A stretch of DNA of 64,000 nt from the human T2T-CHM13v2.0 reference genome, Homo sapiens. A program made the position numbers and the translations under genes. The stretch is from the NCBI RefSeq assembly GCF_009914755.1, contig NC_060947.1. One strand, written 5' to 3'. How positions within the stretch are numbered: position 1 is the stretch's first letter; every line of letters starts with the position of its first letter. The notes under the pieces were generated by a model, which was given only the letters and a program-made list of their open reading frames with translations, was not told the DNA's origin and made no database searches. Positions 1-13,772 of this stretch are shown here, piece by piece.

Positions 1-205
1 CAAAACGGAAAACACTTAAACTTCACTGATTATCAGAATCAGGAAAACAATGGTTTAGGAAATAATAGCATTCTGCAATCCACTGAAGACATGCTGAATC
101 AGTTTCTTCTAGGTCTGGAAACAAGAAATTTATTTTTTCTCAGCTGTTGAATTATTCCGATGTAAACAGGTTTAGTGCTTAAATTTGGAAATCAGTGTCA
201 TAGAT

Positions 206-352
206 GAGTGGTTGTCAAAATGTTGTTCATAGACCAGCAGCATCAGCATCACCTAGGAAAATGTTAGAAATGCAAATTCTTGGGCCCCATCACTCAATCG
301 CTGAGGATGGGACACAGGTGGTTCTGATGCATGCTGATGACTGAGAATCACG
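206..352 (+). mobile_element. MER5A (hAT-Charlie) DNA transposon remnant, internally deleted
   Basis: gagtggttgtcaaaa...gaccagcagcatcagcatcacctaggaaaatgttagaaatgcaaattcttgggcccc...tgagaatcac follows the recalled MER5A consensus. Confidence 0.85.
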
Positions 353-365
353 GTACAGAATATAC

Positions 366-824
366 TGATGCAGGATTTTCTGCTCCTTAGCTCACCTAAA
401 TCCGGGATCTTGTCTCATCACCAGGAAGTAGTAGGCACACGGACACAATGAAGGGGGGTGAGGGCAGAATTTATTAAGTGAAAGGAAAGCACTCAGTAAA
501 GAGAGGTGTCCTGCACACAGGCTTCCACCTCACAAATTTGAATACCAGGCCACCACGCATGAGTTGCAAAGGTAAGGCTCCTCCCCCACAAAAGGTGCAA
601 ATTCCTGGGGGTTTGACCCTATTCTCTCAGGGTGCATGCCGACCCTTAGTCTGAGCCACTCCACATTGATTTATTTCCATTACTGTGCATGTGTTAAGGG
701 ATGGAATTTTTGAGTGTGGGCATATTTAGGCAACCCCCATGTGTGGAATGATTTGGGCAGGTTGGAGGTTCTTTGAGGGCCCTTCCCTATCTGCTAGGCA
801 TTTGTCAGCTTCCTGCCTCTATCA
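366..824 (-). mobile_element. 3' LTR of the provirus (MER61-like)
   Basis: tgatgcaggattttctgctc...cctgcctctatca; TG...CA termini; homologous to 6551-6968. Confidence 0.8.
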
Positions 825-1470
825 TTCCCGCTTCTAAAGAGGTACATCTGACTGTGTTAGAATACGGATGAAGACTGATCTTAACTGCTTCCTGCTGACA
901 GGGGGCGCTGTTTTGGGAAGATGGCAGTCATGTCTCCCTCAGAGGCCTATCTAAGGGTCCCCAGTAAAAAGAGCCATCATCAGAGGCATTGTTTGCATGA
1001 CCATTTAGAGTTTGGTGGCCTGAAGGTGAGAAGAGACAAACTGGGTTATTAGAATACATGTATCAAAACGAAACAAAAAGGGGTGGGTAAGGACAGCTCA
1101 AAAATCCCAAGACTGATGGCACACCCAGATAGCTGGTGGCTACAGTTATGCCTGCCAAGATTTGGGTGCATGGGACTTGGCTTTGATTAGCTCCCTTGGT
1201 CTTATTTTCCCGTATAAAGAAACCTCCGGGTTATGGACAGCCTATTTACTCGTATCACCTTGCAGGGTTTGTAGGATAATTGCCCAGAACTAGAATATTA
1301 ATCCAGACTTTTACATTACGCATCCCTTCTGTTTCTTCTGAACTGCAGCTAGACATCACTGGTTGATCCATGAAATAAGCAGGGTTAGTTCAAAATGTGG
1401 GTAAAAAGCTTAAAAACAACTGAGTCTAGAATTTAATGACAAATGTATGGTAAGTTTTGAAACTTATCAT

Positions 1471-1716
1471 ACAGTGGCATGCTCTCAGCTCACTGCAACC
1501 TCCACCTCTCCAGTTCAAGTGATTCTCCTTCCTCAGCCTCCCTAGTAGCTGAATTACAGGTGCACGCCAACATGCCCAACTAATGTTTGTATTTTTAGTA
1601 GAGACAGGGTTTCTCCACGTTGGCCAGGCTGGTCTCAAAATCCTGGTCTCAAGTGATCCTCCCGCCTCAGCCTCCCAAAATCCTGGGATTACAGGAGTGA
1701 GCCACCATGCCTGGTC
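1471..1716 (-). mobile_element. Alu (S/J type) lacking its 3' end and poly(A)
   Basis: acagtggcatgctctcagctcactgcaacc...gccaccatgcctggtc; no T-run on the left. Confidence 0.9.
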
Positions 1717-4700
1717 CATTCTGTTAACACTTGTTCTGTTTGATATTTCTGAACATTTCAGCTATTCATTAATCCTGTATGTTTTTCCTTATTCCAATGT
1801 CATAATCTCCAAAGTTATCAGAAACCTGAATTTGAGAGCACCTGTCGAAGTCTTATAGCTGATTATAAATCATCTTTTGAAGAGGATCAAGATGAGACAA
1901 TTGTCTGTGAATAACAAAATGTCCAGGGTAGTTACAATTAAATACACAATTGACAAGAAATTTGGTTATCACTTTGGTTTACAATAATTTAACCTTAATT
2001 ATGATTGATAGCAGCATATACTCAGACATTCGAATTTTAGAAATCCCATAAAATTTTGGAACGTATATTAATATTATTCACTAAAATGTAACCTGAAGAA
2101 GACTGAACATCATTTTAGTAATCTCACGTAACTAAACTTGTCAAATAATTCTGTTTACCTCTCTTTTGGATGCTCCAAGAGCCCTCTGTAGCATCCAAAA
2201 GCCAGGGGTCAGGAAAGACAACCCTGAAGCTAAAATTTGATTTTGAGAAGCCTGTTTAATGTTAGAGTTTTAAAACATTTAATGTCATGAAATAGAATTC
2301 CAGATTACCATGAATTAGTTATTTTGCCAAAATGATGACTCAAAAATTATAAAACAAGGTAAAAACCTTTACTCATTAAAAGGGAAAACAGCTTTGCAAA
2401 CAATTTGTCTCCTTTCTTCTCTTTCTTTGTCTTGGCAGTTTATCTGCAAGGCAAATGGAAATTTTTCACTATTATTTACTATTACATGAAAATCTTGTAC
2501 AAGGGAGAGAAAGCCAAATTTTACCCTTACATTAGTTTACTATTAATGTCAACCCCAATTTTTTAAATGAAACATTATAGGCAATTCTATCCAATCTTAA
2601 CCAGTTTGACTATGAGGTAAGATTCTTATAAGCCTTTCACAACCCTTTACAAATTTTGCTGAAGAGCAGATTAGTGCCTTAAGGAAACCTTGTTGTGCTT
2701 TTATTTCAATGCACAATTTACAGAAAAATCATATAATACCCGTTTGAATTTAGCTAATATGTTCACACACAGACTTTCTTTTCCAAGATTAGTTTTTACA
2801 ATCCCTCCACAACTTGTTTAAACCTTCAGTTTTATCTCATCTAATTCAAAACAATCCTTTAACCCTAGGCAAAAAATTACATTTCTATACCTTCTTATAA
2901 TTTTTTACTAAAAAAACACATTTTACTGTCCTTACACACCTTCCATGTAAATCCATTTTCAGTGGTCTCAATTACATATTATAATGTTAACTCTCAGCAA
3001 TTTTTAACTTTAATGTAAAATCTGGTAAGTTGTTTTAATTACGCACTAGGTGCCAATAAAGTTTGAATCCTATCAGCATAGTTAAGGGAGTGGTTAATTC
3101 CATATGGCTCCAGGCCTTACCAAGTTGTAAAGCAGGCAAGTCGAACAGTTATCAATGCCAAAGAAGCAGTTTACAACCATAAAACACTTAGCAAACCTAG
3201 TATCTGACCTGCCTAAGTTAGACCACCTTTTTTATTTTAATGACATTTGCATTTTACCAATAATCTTTAAGACTGTTTTTATTTCTCAAAGAATAAAGTT
3301 ACGTGAACTAAAAGGTATTACAGCTTTCACCTTTCCTTCAAAAAATAGTTGATTTAAGTGTTTCGTTTTCTTTAAGCCAATTAATTAGAGCTCTTTTTTA
3401 TAGACATTATACACAACACATATATAACTACACAGACAGATAGAAAAAGATCCAGTAGTTACAAGATTTTTTGTTTGCCAATCTCCTAATTGGATTATTG
3501 GCATCCACGTGGAGCCCTTTAAGAGCAAGGCTAGGAAAACATGCAGTTTCTAGGGCCCAATAAGCAGGTATAGCTGAAAGACAAAAACAGATGTTGAGAG
3601 TCATGTATTTGCTGTCAACCAATTCCTGTGGTTCCCTAAGGAAAACAGGTTTTTCCCAAAGTGGAATCCATGGTGCCTTTTCTGTTTTTCCCAGGGATTC
3701 CCAGGCCATCAGAAGTTATCTTAGGGCCTCACATGTGTACATTATGAATGGCAACACAAAGTGGAGAAAAGTAATTCAGTCGACTGAGAAAAAAACCTCT
3801 TTTCAGAAAAACAAGATCCAAGAAGAGAAACAAATGTAAAGGTCTTTTAAACATGCCTATAACTTGAATATCCACTTTTAATTAAGCCAAGCTCTCTTTA
3901 AGTCCATTTAAATCACTTATTACCTGACTTTAGACATGCAAAGTGGCCAATATTTCCGGCTTTTGAACTCTACCAAAGGTAGCCTCCCAGGTGCCCAGGG
4001 GAAGGAAAATTCAAGATGGTTCATGGAGGGGAGGAGAATCGACAAATGGTAAATGTCACACAGATATCAAACCGGAAAGGACTCCTTACCTATGCTGAGA
4101 ATTGAACTTGGGCCACCACTATGAAAGAACAAAGCCTTAGCTACTGAGCTATAGCACTGGGCAGTCTTCATTCCCTTTCCCAGAAGGAGTCTAGAGTAGG
4201 TAATTTTGGGTTTGCAAAGACTTTTAACTACTTAATAATTTTTAGAGAGAACTATGCCATGAACCCCAAAATTCCTGTTCCCTGGAAGGTGTAGACCAAG
4301 AAGAAGTACCACCATGTGATTACAAGGTCAAGTTCCTCAGGATATAAAACAAGATGGAGACTTCATCCAGTTTGTTTGTTTGTTGAACTGTGGCAAAGTT
4401 TGTTGCCGACCAACCAGCTTGCTGGGTCATTTTGAACAGCAAGCTTATGGGGTCCTTAGCCTGTGTTCTATCCTAAGGAACCCCTCTTAATGACAGAATG
4501 ACACAGAAAGACAAATTTATAGCACAAAATAAACCAGATTCACTACAGCTTAAGATCAACCTCATAAATCCTTTTTCATTAATGAAAACTTTACAGAGGA
4601 TATAAACAGTGATCCTTACCATTCCTTGTACTGGTTTGCACAGGGAGAGAGAGGCCAAAAGTCTGACTTGTGAAAAAAAACTTTTACCCCTTTGCTGGCC

Positions 4701-5667
4701 TGTCAGACTTCTGGGTTCCCTTCCCCTAAACTCAATTCTAAGTCAACCAGTTTAAGGTTTGGCAAATTAACTTTCCCTAGTTTGGAGGATTCATCTGAGG
4801 GGAGTATCTTGTAGTACAGGGACAAAATTACCCATCTGTAAAGAGAGGACAGAAAAGGAAAAAGGAAAAAAGAAGGCATCTTTTTTTTCAAAGGAGTCAA
4901 AGGGGTTCAGGATGCATTCGAAAGTGGTACAGACTGAAAATGGATTGACTACTCATATAGAAAGAGGGGAGCCAGGCATCCCTGGTTCCTTTTTCTTCCT
5001 AGCAAATACCCATGATACATGAGGGAGAAAAGGAAAAGCATCCTCTTTCCTTCTTCCATCCTTATATCCCCGAGTCTTGGTGATCTCGACAGGGTGCTGC
5101 CATGGGTTTCAGAGTGGCTTTCACCCATGCTAACCGGGGGTCTAAGAGTGGGATCATACACTCTGACCCATGTGTTGCCTTTTCCCTCTGCTGTCAGTAG
5201 TCTTCAAGTTCCCTAGACCTCATTAATACCATGGATACTAGCATGAGCTTTATCCATGAAATGGGAGGCTTGGCTTAATCGGCAGGAATTAGTCATGCTT
5301 ACCTGCACTGTGCATTTTAACTTCAGTTGTCATCTGCCTCCGGATCAATCAGATCCAGTTTTCTTTCCTAGATTTTCAACCTGAATCTTGGAATTGAGTT
5401 TGGGACAAAGCAATTGCCTTGGGGGTACATAAACTCTTCAAGCCCCAGGTGTCCCTTGCCAGACTGACTGTTGCCTCCTCAAATAAGGGAGATAAATGGG
5501 TGTCTTGTAAATGTAAATAGGGGTCCTGACCTAACAAGATGTCTTCCAAAGGACAAAAAAAAACAAAGAAACAAAACCTCTCGCATAAAAGCTAACTCCT
5601 GACAGAGTGAAGAAAAGAAAAAAAACATCTTAAGTCTGGGGCAGGGAAGATGACTGAGTGATAAAAC

Positions 5668-5962
5668 TTTTTTTTTTTTTTTTGAGATGGAGTCTTGCTC
5701 TGTTGCCCAGGCTGGAGTGCAGTGGCATGATCTTGGTTCACTACAACCTCTGCCCCCCAGATTCAAGTGATTCTCCTGCCTCAGCCTCCTGAGTAGCAGA
5801 GATAACAGGTGTGTGCCAACACGCCCCACTAAGTTTTGTATTTTTAGTTGAGATGGGGTTTCACCATGTTGGTCAGGCTGGTCTCGAACTCCTGACTTTG
5901 TGATCCACCTGCCTCAGCCTCCCAAAGTGCTAGGATTACAGGTATGAGCCACCACACCGGCC
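5668..5962 (-). mobile_element. AluS inside the ERV internal region
   Basis: poly-T then gagatggagtcttgctctgttgcccaggctgg...accacaccggcc. Confidence 0.95.
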
Positions 5963-6550
5963 TAAGATCCTCTTATTCTTATGCAAATAGGTTACTCCAA
6001 CAGAGAGAAAAACTTTTAATTGCTGTTGTACTGAGCTGGACCCCTGGGCTGGAGGAGGGGACGGCTCCTTGGATGTGAAGCAGAGAATGCTGGTTTGCCA
6101 GCCATGTGGGGCCTGTGGCCCCCGAGACTGCCCTGAGGCCCAGGCAGTGGCTATGGCTCAGTTACGCCCTACATGGCTGTTTGATGCTTCACGCACAGCA
6201 GACACTGCCATGCATGCCAGCTGGGAGAGGAGGGGGAGCAGGAAGGGGCTGTTTGCCCATCCTTCCTGCTTGTGTGCCTGTGGCTGTTGGGGTGGTGGTG
6301 GAACACCCCTAATACCGTAAAAGAAAATATAAATGCCATTGCAGTCCTGAAAAAAAGAAAGAAAATGCCATAGAAAAGACTCAGTTGCACTGAGGCCGAC
6401 ATTCCTGAACCCTGAGAGCGACGTGGAAGGGCAGTTTCCCTGCCCTCGGACTAAGTCTAAGGTTGAAGAAGCTTAGAAATGAAAGGGAAAGAGATTTTTG
6501 GGTCCACATTTTACTTACCCTTCCTCATGGCCCTGTACAGGCCACAGAAA

Positions 6551-6968
6551 TGATGCAGGATTTTCTGCTCTTTAGCTCAGTTAAATCCGGGATCTTGTCT
6601 CATGGCGAGAAAGAAGTAGGCATGTGGACACAATGAAGAGTGAGGAGGATGAAATTTATTAAGTGAAAAGTAATCAAAGTTGAATACCAGGCCTCCACAC
6701 ACAGGAGCTGAAGAGACCAGGCTCCTCGTCAACATAAAGCACAAATTCCTGGTGGCTCCTCCCCATTCTTTTAGTGCCCATGCCGGCCCTAAGTCTGAGC
6801 CACTCCATATTGATTTACTTCCCTTATTGCACATGTGTTAAGGGATGGAATTTTTCGCTGTGGGCATGTTTAAGAAAGCCCACTGTGTACAACGACCTGG
6901 GTGTGAAGGAAGTTCTCTGGGGAGCCTTCCCTATCTGCTAGGCATTTGTCTGCCTCCTGGCTCTATCA
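6551..6968 (-). mobile_element. 5' LTR of the provirus (MER61-like)
   Basis: tgatgcaggatttttctgctc...cctggctctatca; shorter than the other LTR because of deletions; PBS-like tggcctgtacaggg follows on the - strand. Confidence 0.8.
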
Positions 6969-9037
6969 ATACCCATACAAGATAATCAACTTTTGGTTAG
7001 CATAGTGTACCTTACATATTTGGTACCTTATTGATAATTTTAATATTCACAAATATTAAATATTCATAGAAGCTACTCTGTATCTTTCTTCTCTAAAGTG
7101 TAGTTTTTATTATTTTTTGTTGCTCTATAAAATCTTTGGGTGCAGTTAATTTTCAAGAAAATTATTCTTCAATGAGTATAGGTAAGATGAAAAGACCATT
7201 CATTCTTAAGAAAAAGAAATCCTGATCTCTGCAGAATCATAACTGGAATCTAGCAGACTTTTTTTTTCTGTGAACTTGTGTAGAGAAGTATCTAGCAGAC
7301 TGTTTTCACAAAGAGAGCCCTAGTCTGTCATGATTTTGGTCAAGGAACTAAAGCTGCAAAGGAATTATTATAACATTTATTGGATAATTATTGTATAAAA
7401 ATAAATGAGCAGTTGATAAAAATTTTTTCTATAACCCAAGTTTTATGAGATTTCATCAGATATCAAATTCATATTTATTAATACTTACACAAATCATTTT
7501 ATTCAGTTTCCTCAAGAAATGTGTGGCACCTCTGATATAATTAATTAGAAAGATTCTTTCAATTTTAAGGAGAACGAGCTTTTAAAATGAAGCAGCATAA
7601 TTTTTTTTGTTTGTTTTGACCCTCATGCTTTTTATGCCTTTCTTACCTTTATCAATTTAAAATGTTGAAAACTTGTCTTAATCCTTATGTATTTGTTCCT
7701 AAATTCTCACTAGAATTAAAAATCAGTGACTTTTTAAGGCATAGAAGACAATGTAAAGATCATCCAGTCCAACTCCTTGTTTCATACATGAATAATCAAA
7801 TTAAAGATAGGTACAGTCCATAAATTGCACATAATTCAGTATCTTAAAACTGTTAGTATTAATAATAATATGAGGACAATAGTGAGGTGAAGAAGAAGGA
7901 CAAGTACACTGGCTTCTAGAAAGGTATTGGGGATAATTTTAGTACAGTTTTCTGTTTGCATTCAGACATAACTAAACCGTTTACTTTCATATTTTATTAC
8001 TGGAGCCACATAAACAGAGGGCGAAACAATTTCGTAAAAACTCAAATTTGAGATCATAGAACATGTTAAAGATATTTGGTAAATGAGACTCTTTAAAAGT
8101 GAACGCTTCCCTCATCTTTTCAAACTAATTTATATTGCAACTTTGGAAATATGTTTTAGAAAATCTCAGAAATCCTTCCTGAGATTAATTTCTTTTTTTG
8201 TTCCAATATCAAATGAAAAGTAATTTTCAGCTCTAAATTTCCACTTATTGCTTTCCTTTGTTTTCTGTCCTTTATCAACTTTTCAATTCAATAGTTCATT
8301 TATCCTCCTTTTCATGATTCCATACCCTTGACATTAACCTTTGATGTGTAAGCCTGATGAATGCTTTCTGAAAAAACATGTAACATTATTTCAAAGTGTG
8401 TCTACATTGCAAAAGTGTCTTCAAATATGTTCAGTGTTTTTCAGTCACAATCTTCAGTTGTGAAAGCATTTTCGTTGTTGATCAAACTATGTTTCTTATC
8501 CCAAAATGTTCCTCAGTTGATGCTTGCTTTTTTTAAAGGCTTGAGAATTTCTCTTTTAGTTATGTCAAGCTGATTGAGTTACAACCAAAATGAGGTCTTT
8601 TTGGAGTAAGTGAAATAAATGTTTGTGGCTTCACTTCAAATATAAATAGACCTTAAAAAATCCATCGTGCCATTTAGGCTAATGTGAAGGTATGTTCATG
8701 TATATAGTTAGGTATTCAAAGATAGTCACTCACGTTTACATATATTTTGAGAAAGTATACACTTAAATTTTTATATATACCTCACAAAATATCTACCTCT
8801 TTTTAATATATTAAATATTACAATATTAAACATTAACAATCTTCTACAATATTAACATAAATGATATATAACTTAACAGATTATTGCATAATAGCAAGTT
8901 CACTTTAAATCATATTAGTGTAGCTTAGATAGAAATTTGAGCTTAAACAGAAACTGATTTCAGTACATAATTACCAACAATTCTCTTGTACTTGAACTGT
9001 TCCCTGAGTGTAAATTAGGTTGTAAACAAGATAGCTC

Positions 9038-9525
9038 TGTTAGAGGAACCCCTAAGTACCAGGCCTCTGGTTTAATAAATAGCCACATTCCAAGCTGACA
9101 ACCACTTATAATTACAGAATAATTGTGGACATACAGAGCATCTCCCACCAAGCCTGCCAAGTGTCCAGATGTCCTAAGATGTAGCCTTCTGTACTTAAAG
9201 ACAAATTAATGAGCAAGCTTAGGTTAAAAGATTAATAGTCATCAATATGGTCATTGATAACACCAATAGCCCCTACCTTTAGTGAGCGTGTAGACACATT
9301 CCAAGTTTAATTATATATCCTTATAGTTTCTTTTAAGTAGAGGCACTAACAAAAGATGGGGTATTCCTCTTCTTACTTTCTGAGGACTCCTCACTTTGTA
9401 TCAGAATAATTTCTAATAAAATTTCTTCTTTCACTGTGCTCTGTGACTTGGTCTGAATTCCTTCCTGCATGAGATCCATGAACCTGCTCTTGGGGACTGA
9501 ATTGGGACCATGTTTTTAGGCAACA
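9038..9525 (+). mobile_element. Solo ERV1 LTR (MER4 group; MER67/LTR54-like)
   Basis: TG start; AATAAA at ~9415; typical U5 end gagatccatgaacctgctcttgggg...ggcaaca; near-TSD gctc/cctc. Confidence 0.7.
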
Positions 9526-9574
9526 CCTCTAGAAACAGCACTAACTAATTTGTGAGCACATTAAAGCAGAGTGG

Positions 9575-9868
9575 TTTTTCTTTTTTCTTTTTTTTTGAGG
9601 CGGAGTCTGGTTCTGTCACCCAGGCTTGAGCATAGTGGCATGATCTTGGCTCACTGCAAACTCTGACTCCCAGGTTCAAGCAATTCTCCTGCCTCAGCCT
9701 CCTGAGTAGCTGGGATTACAGGTACATGCTTCCATGCCTGGCTCATTTTTGTATTATTAGTAGAGACGGGTTTCGAGAGGCTGGTCTCGAATTCATGACC
9801 TCAGATGATCCGCCTGCCTTGGCCTCCCGAAATGCTGGGATTACAGGCACAAGCCATCACGCCCAGCC
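9575..9868 (-). mobile_element. AluS
   Basis: Full Alu body; TSD aaagcagagtg at 9563-9573 / 9869-9879. Confidence 0.95.
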
Positions 9869-10669
9869 AAAGCAGAGTGTTTTTGCAGCGAGTCTCATAG
9901 AACTGTATCCTTCTATTGGAGCCTGTTAGGATTTTATGGGATACTTACAAGTAGCAGTGATAATTCAGTTTTGAAATTTGAATAAAAACCAAATCACTTC
10001 AGCTATTCCCTAGCCATAGACTGACACAGGTATAAAAATATTTACCTTCTGTAGGTTCATCTCTGCACAATTTCTCAATTAATGAGAGTAAAACCTTGAG
10101 GTTTTTTTTCATGAATACACAAGAGTTTTGATTGAGATCATGGCCTCAATCTCAGGGCATCTGAAGTCATAATCTGTGCATATGCCTCAGACAGCCTTCT
10201 GTCTAACTTCTACTGGGTATATTTAGTTTAACCAACTGAGCTTCTATCTTAGTTTGTGCTTCCCAGTTCCCTAAATTACTAATTATCTCCCAGGGCATTG
10301 ATTTATCTTTTCTACAGCAGGAATCTTTTTCCTGTACCATCTGTGACAGTTCTTTCCGGAAATACAGTCATTTTTCACACTTAAAACTGAAAAACCAAAA
10401 CAAGTCAGAGAAGCCTAGAATCCTTTTGGCCTATCCTTTAGCCCTTTATTGCAACCATGTTCTTCATTTTTCCCACACTCCTTTTGAACCATTTGTATAA
10501 TGATATTAAACTGGATGGGAATTCATTTTCTGCAGCCCCTGCAGATTAAAATCTGCAATGTTAGTCACTCCTTGTGAGAATACAGCCAAACTGTTCCTGG
10601 ATTATTCTCTTTTTCAAGCACATAGATATATATGTAATCCCCAAGTTCTAAGCAGAAGGAACTGGGATA

Positions 10670-10860
10670 CAATACCTGGCACTTTACATGCAATGTGTCA
10701 TTGAATTGATCAATAACGCTATGTAGGTAGGTGTGTTTGTCTGTTATATTTTCGAAATGAGGAAACCAAGACCTGGAGATGTGAGGTAATTTGCCCAAAG
10801 TCCACAGATACTAAATGGAAGATATCGGATTCAGACTTATATTTTGGGATCCAAAAATCC
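10670..10860 (-). mobile_element. MIR SINE
   Basis: attttcgaaatgaggaaacc...gaggtaatttgcccaaagtccacag matches the MIR core. Confidence 0.7.
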
Positions 10861-12024
10861 ATGTCCTTCTTATATATGACACTCAGCCTTATGAGTTATA
10901 AAAATCTGTATATAGAAAATATGAAATGGCGAATCTTCATACCTCTCCTCAATCTATTGAACATTCTAATTATACTAATATTCATTTGGGGCTGCTGTTA
11001 TTATAATTGTTATTGTTTGAGGAAACGAAACGGGATATTGGATTTAATTATTTCAGTATTGTAATGAGAGAGCCAAACTTGAGGACACAAAGCAAAGAAG
11101 GATAACATATACAAATGATCCGAACAGAGCAGGCATATTGTTATTCTCTATTACCACATGAGCAATTACATAATACTTACACCTGGAAAACCAAGAGCCC
11201 CCATACTTCCCATACCTCATGATGTTCCCTTGGGTGTTAGGAAATGATGTGTTATGCTGTAAACTCTTTCTTGAATGTAGACCTTTGATTTCCTAATCTT
11301 CTTTAGGAAATCAAAAAGAGATTCTACGACAAACATTTATCCATTTTGTGGATACTGAGCTTTATTTCTTATTTTGTTAGTAGCCCAAAATATTTTGAAC
11401 ACAGAATTAGTAACTCATCACCTCTCAAAGAGTCAGGCATATGAAAGAAGTATAGCAGTCTGTCCGATAGGGCTCTTTTTAAGTTGGTAATTTGGTTACA
11501 GTTGCAAAGAACTTTCTATATAAACCAGCAGCTAGTCAGTGGCTTTGGTCATACTGATTCAATAATTTTGACTAGGTTACTGAATTATTATTTGCTCAAA
11601 TTCAGCAGGTTATATTGAAACTCCTTTGTGAGTAAATACACAGCTTTTGAAAACAGGTTAATAGTGAATTTGGTAAATATAATAATTGCTATATTTATAT
11701 AGGTGCAATGTTAAAAGAAAATAATGGTTCTTAAAGATCAAGATTGAGTACTGAGTAGAAAAGTTTTATTTCCAACCTGGAAACCAATCCAGCACAGTAT
11801 AAATAAGCTCTAGAGCTAGGAGATAGTACTTAGGAAGGAGGAATGGAACAGGTTTTTAAAAGCCAAAACCCATCTGCCTTTCTTCCTGAATAAAGCAATC
11901 TAAAAGCCATTAGGTGGGGCCAAACAAGGCTGTCATCTGTGCAATTTTGAGAGTGAGAGAAGAGCCATGCAGAGATCTGACAGACTATTGGGATCCATGC
12001 ATGGGGACAAGGACATAATGGTAC

Positions 12025-12138
12025 TGGGTACTGATGCCACATGCTGGGCCATTTGGTATCATAATTTGATGATCAAATTATGGCCATTTGGTATCAAATT
12101 ATGATACCAAATGGCCCAGCATGTGGTATCCGTACCCA
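12025..12138. repeat. Compound inverted repeat (34-bp perfect arms, ~46 bp with mismatches)
   Basis: 12037-12070 is the exact reverse complement of 12093-12126; the 22-nt centre is built from arm fragments. Confidence 0.95.
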
Positions 12139-13222
12139 AGTGGGCAAACAGGCTGGAACGTGTGGTGGGTGGACAAGGGATAAAACGTTAGAAGCAGTGA
12201 TTGGTGATTACTTATACAGAGAGCAGATTAAGCAAACAAGTAAGTATATTTAAGATAACAGAAGTCATAATTTTCACTGTCAGAAAAGGCAGTCACAGAT
12301 ATGAAAAGGCAGAACATTAAAATGAACACTGTGGTTTTATATTGAAATTAAAGTTATTGGCATAAACTCTAATCATTTTCAATATATAAAGAGATGGAGT
12401 AGAGGTAGATATAAGTTTAGGTACGTGTGAGTTTGCACATACATATATTTCCTATCTTTGTCTGGGAACGGTGCTACCTAATAGCAGTGAGCATACCTGC
12501 ACCCAGATCTTGCTTTCTAAATGCCATTGTCCACTGGCAGAAAGAAGGGCTTATTAGAAAAAATGGCCAATTTCAAAACTGAGATGGGGTTAAAAAAAAA
12601 ACAAGATGAGCCTGGAACATTGCGTTACGCTAGAAAGCAAAGAAGTACTCAAATAATGATGGGAACATGTCAAGAGAATATAGGAGCCAGTTTGAAGGAG
12701 CTTCACTGCCAAATTAGGTATAATTTGAGCATCAAAATAAATAACGATAATAATAAATTTAACCCATTGAATATTCATGAGCCCATAGTGATATAAATAA
12801 ATAAATGAATAAATTAATCAGAGAGGGAAAAATCTCTTTTTTAACAGTAGAAGATCAACTAGTGAAAATGTAGACATAATATTGGAAGTGAAAATCACCT
12901 TTTTATTGCCATGATATTAATAATTATTTCAGCCCCAATTTTAAAGCTGGTGGAGAAAGTTTTCAAAACGGATCTTTCCACAGTATTAATGCATCTCCCC
13001 ACAAAACACCTGTTTATTACAAAAGCAAACAAGTAACTTTGCAGTGGAGAAAACTGGCAGATATCACCTCAATCAAGTAAGTAAAAGGAACATTATCAGG
13101 AATGGGATAAATCAAAATTCTGTGCACTGAAGATGAACTAAGAAGAATGAGAAAAATATGACTTCAGTAATTTTTCAGCCAAAAATGTATAACTTGAATC
13201 ACACAAACCCAAATTAAGGGAC

Positions 13223-13659
13223 TGCATTAGTCTTCTAGGGCTGCCATCACAAATTTTCAAACCTCGATAGCTTAACTCAGAAGAAATTTATTCTCTCACA
13301 ATTCTTAAGGCTCGAAGCCTGAATTCAAGGTGTCAACAGAGGCATGCTTCCTCTGAAGGCTCTAGAGAAGAACTCATTCTTGCCTCCTTTAAATTCCAGT
13401 GGCCCCAAGCAATTTTTGGTGTTCCTTGGCTTGTAGGCCCTTCACTCCAACCACTGTTAACGATCTTCGCATAGCCGGCTTCTCTGTCTTTGTGTGTCTT
13501 TTTCTCTTCTTTTAAGGAATTAGAACCCATCCTAATCCAGTATGATCTCATCTCAATCCTTAAGTCATTACATCTTCAAAAATCTTATTTTCAAATAAGG
13601 TCACATTCTGGGGTCCCCAGTGAACATGAATTTGGGGGAACACTATTCAACCCACTATA
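13223..13659 (-). mobile_element. MLT1 MaLR solo LTR
   Basis: ttagtcttctagggctgccatcacaaa...aataaggtcacattctgg...gggggaacactattcaacccacta; near 5-bp TSD gggac/gagac. Confidence 0.85.
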
Positions 13660-13772
13660 GAGACTTTCTACAAAATTTCTGGCCTGTAATCTTCCAATGT
13701 GCAAAGGTAATGAACATCAAAGAAAGATTTAAGAACTCTTCAAAAATAAAGGAGAGTAAAGAGACATGTCAA

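Larger units (their letters stand above)
366..6968 (-). mobile_element. ERV1 (MER4-group, MER61-like) degenerate provirus with two LTRs
   Basis: Direct LTR repeats 366-824 and 6551-6968; 4-bp TSD ATAC (362-365 / 6969-6972); degenerate tRNA-Ile-like PBS next to the right LTR; purine tract next to the left LTR on the - strand; no long ORF. Confidence 0.85.
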
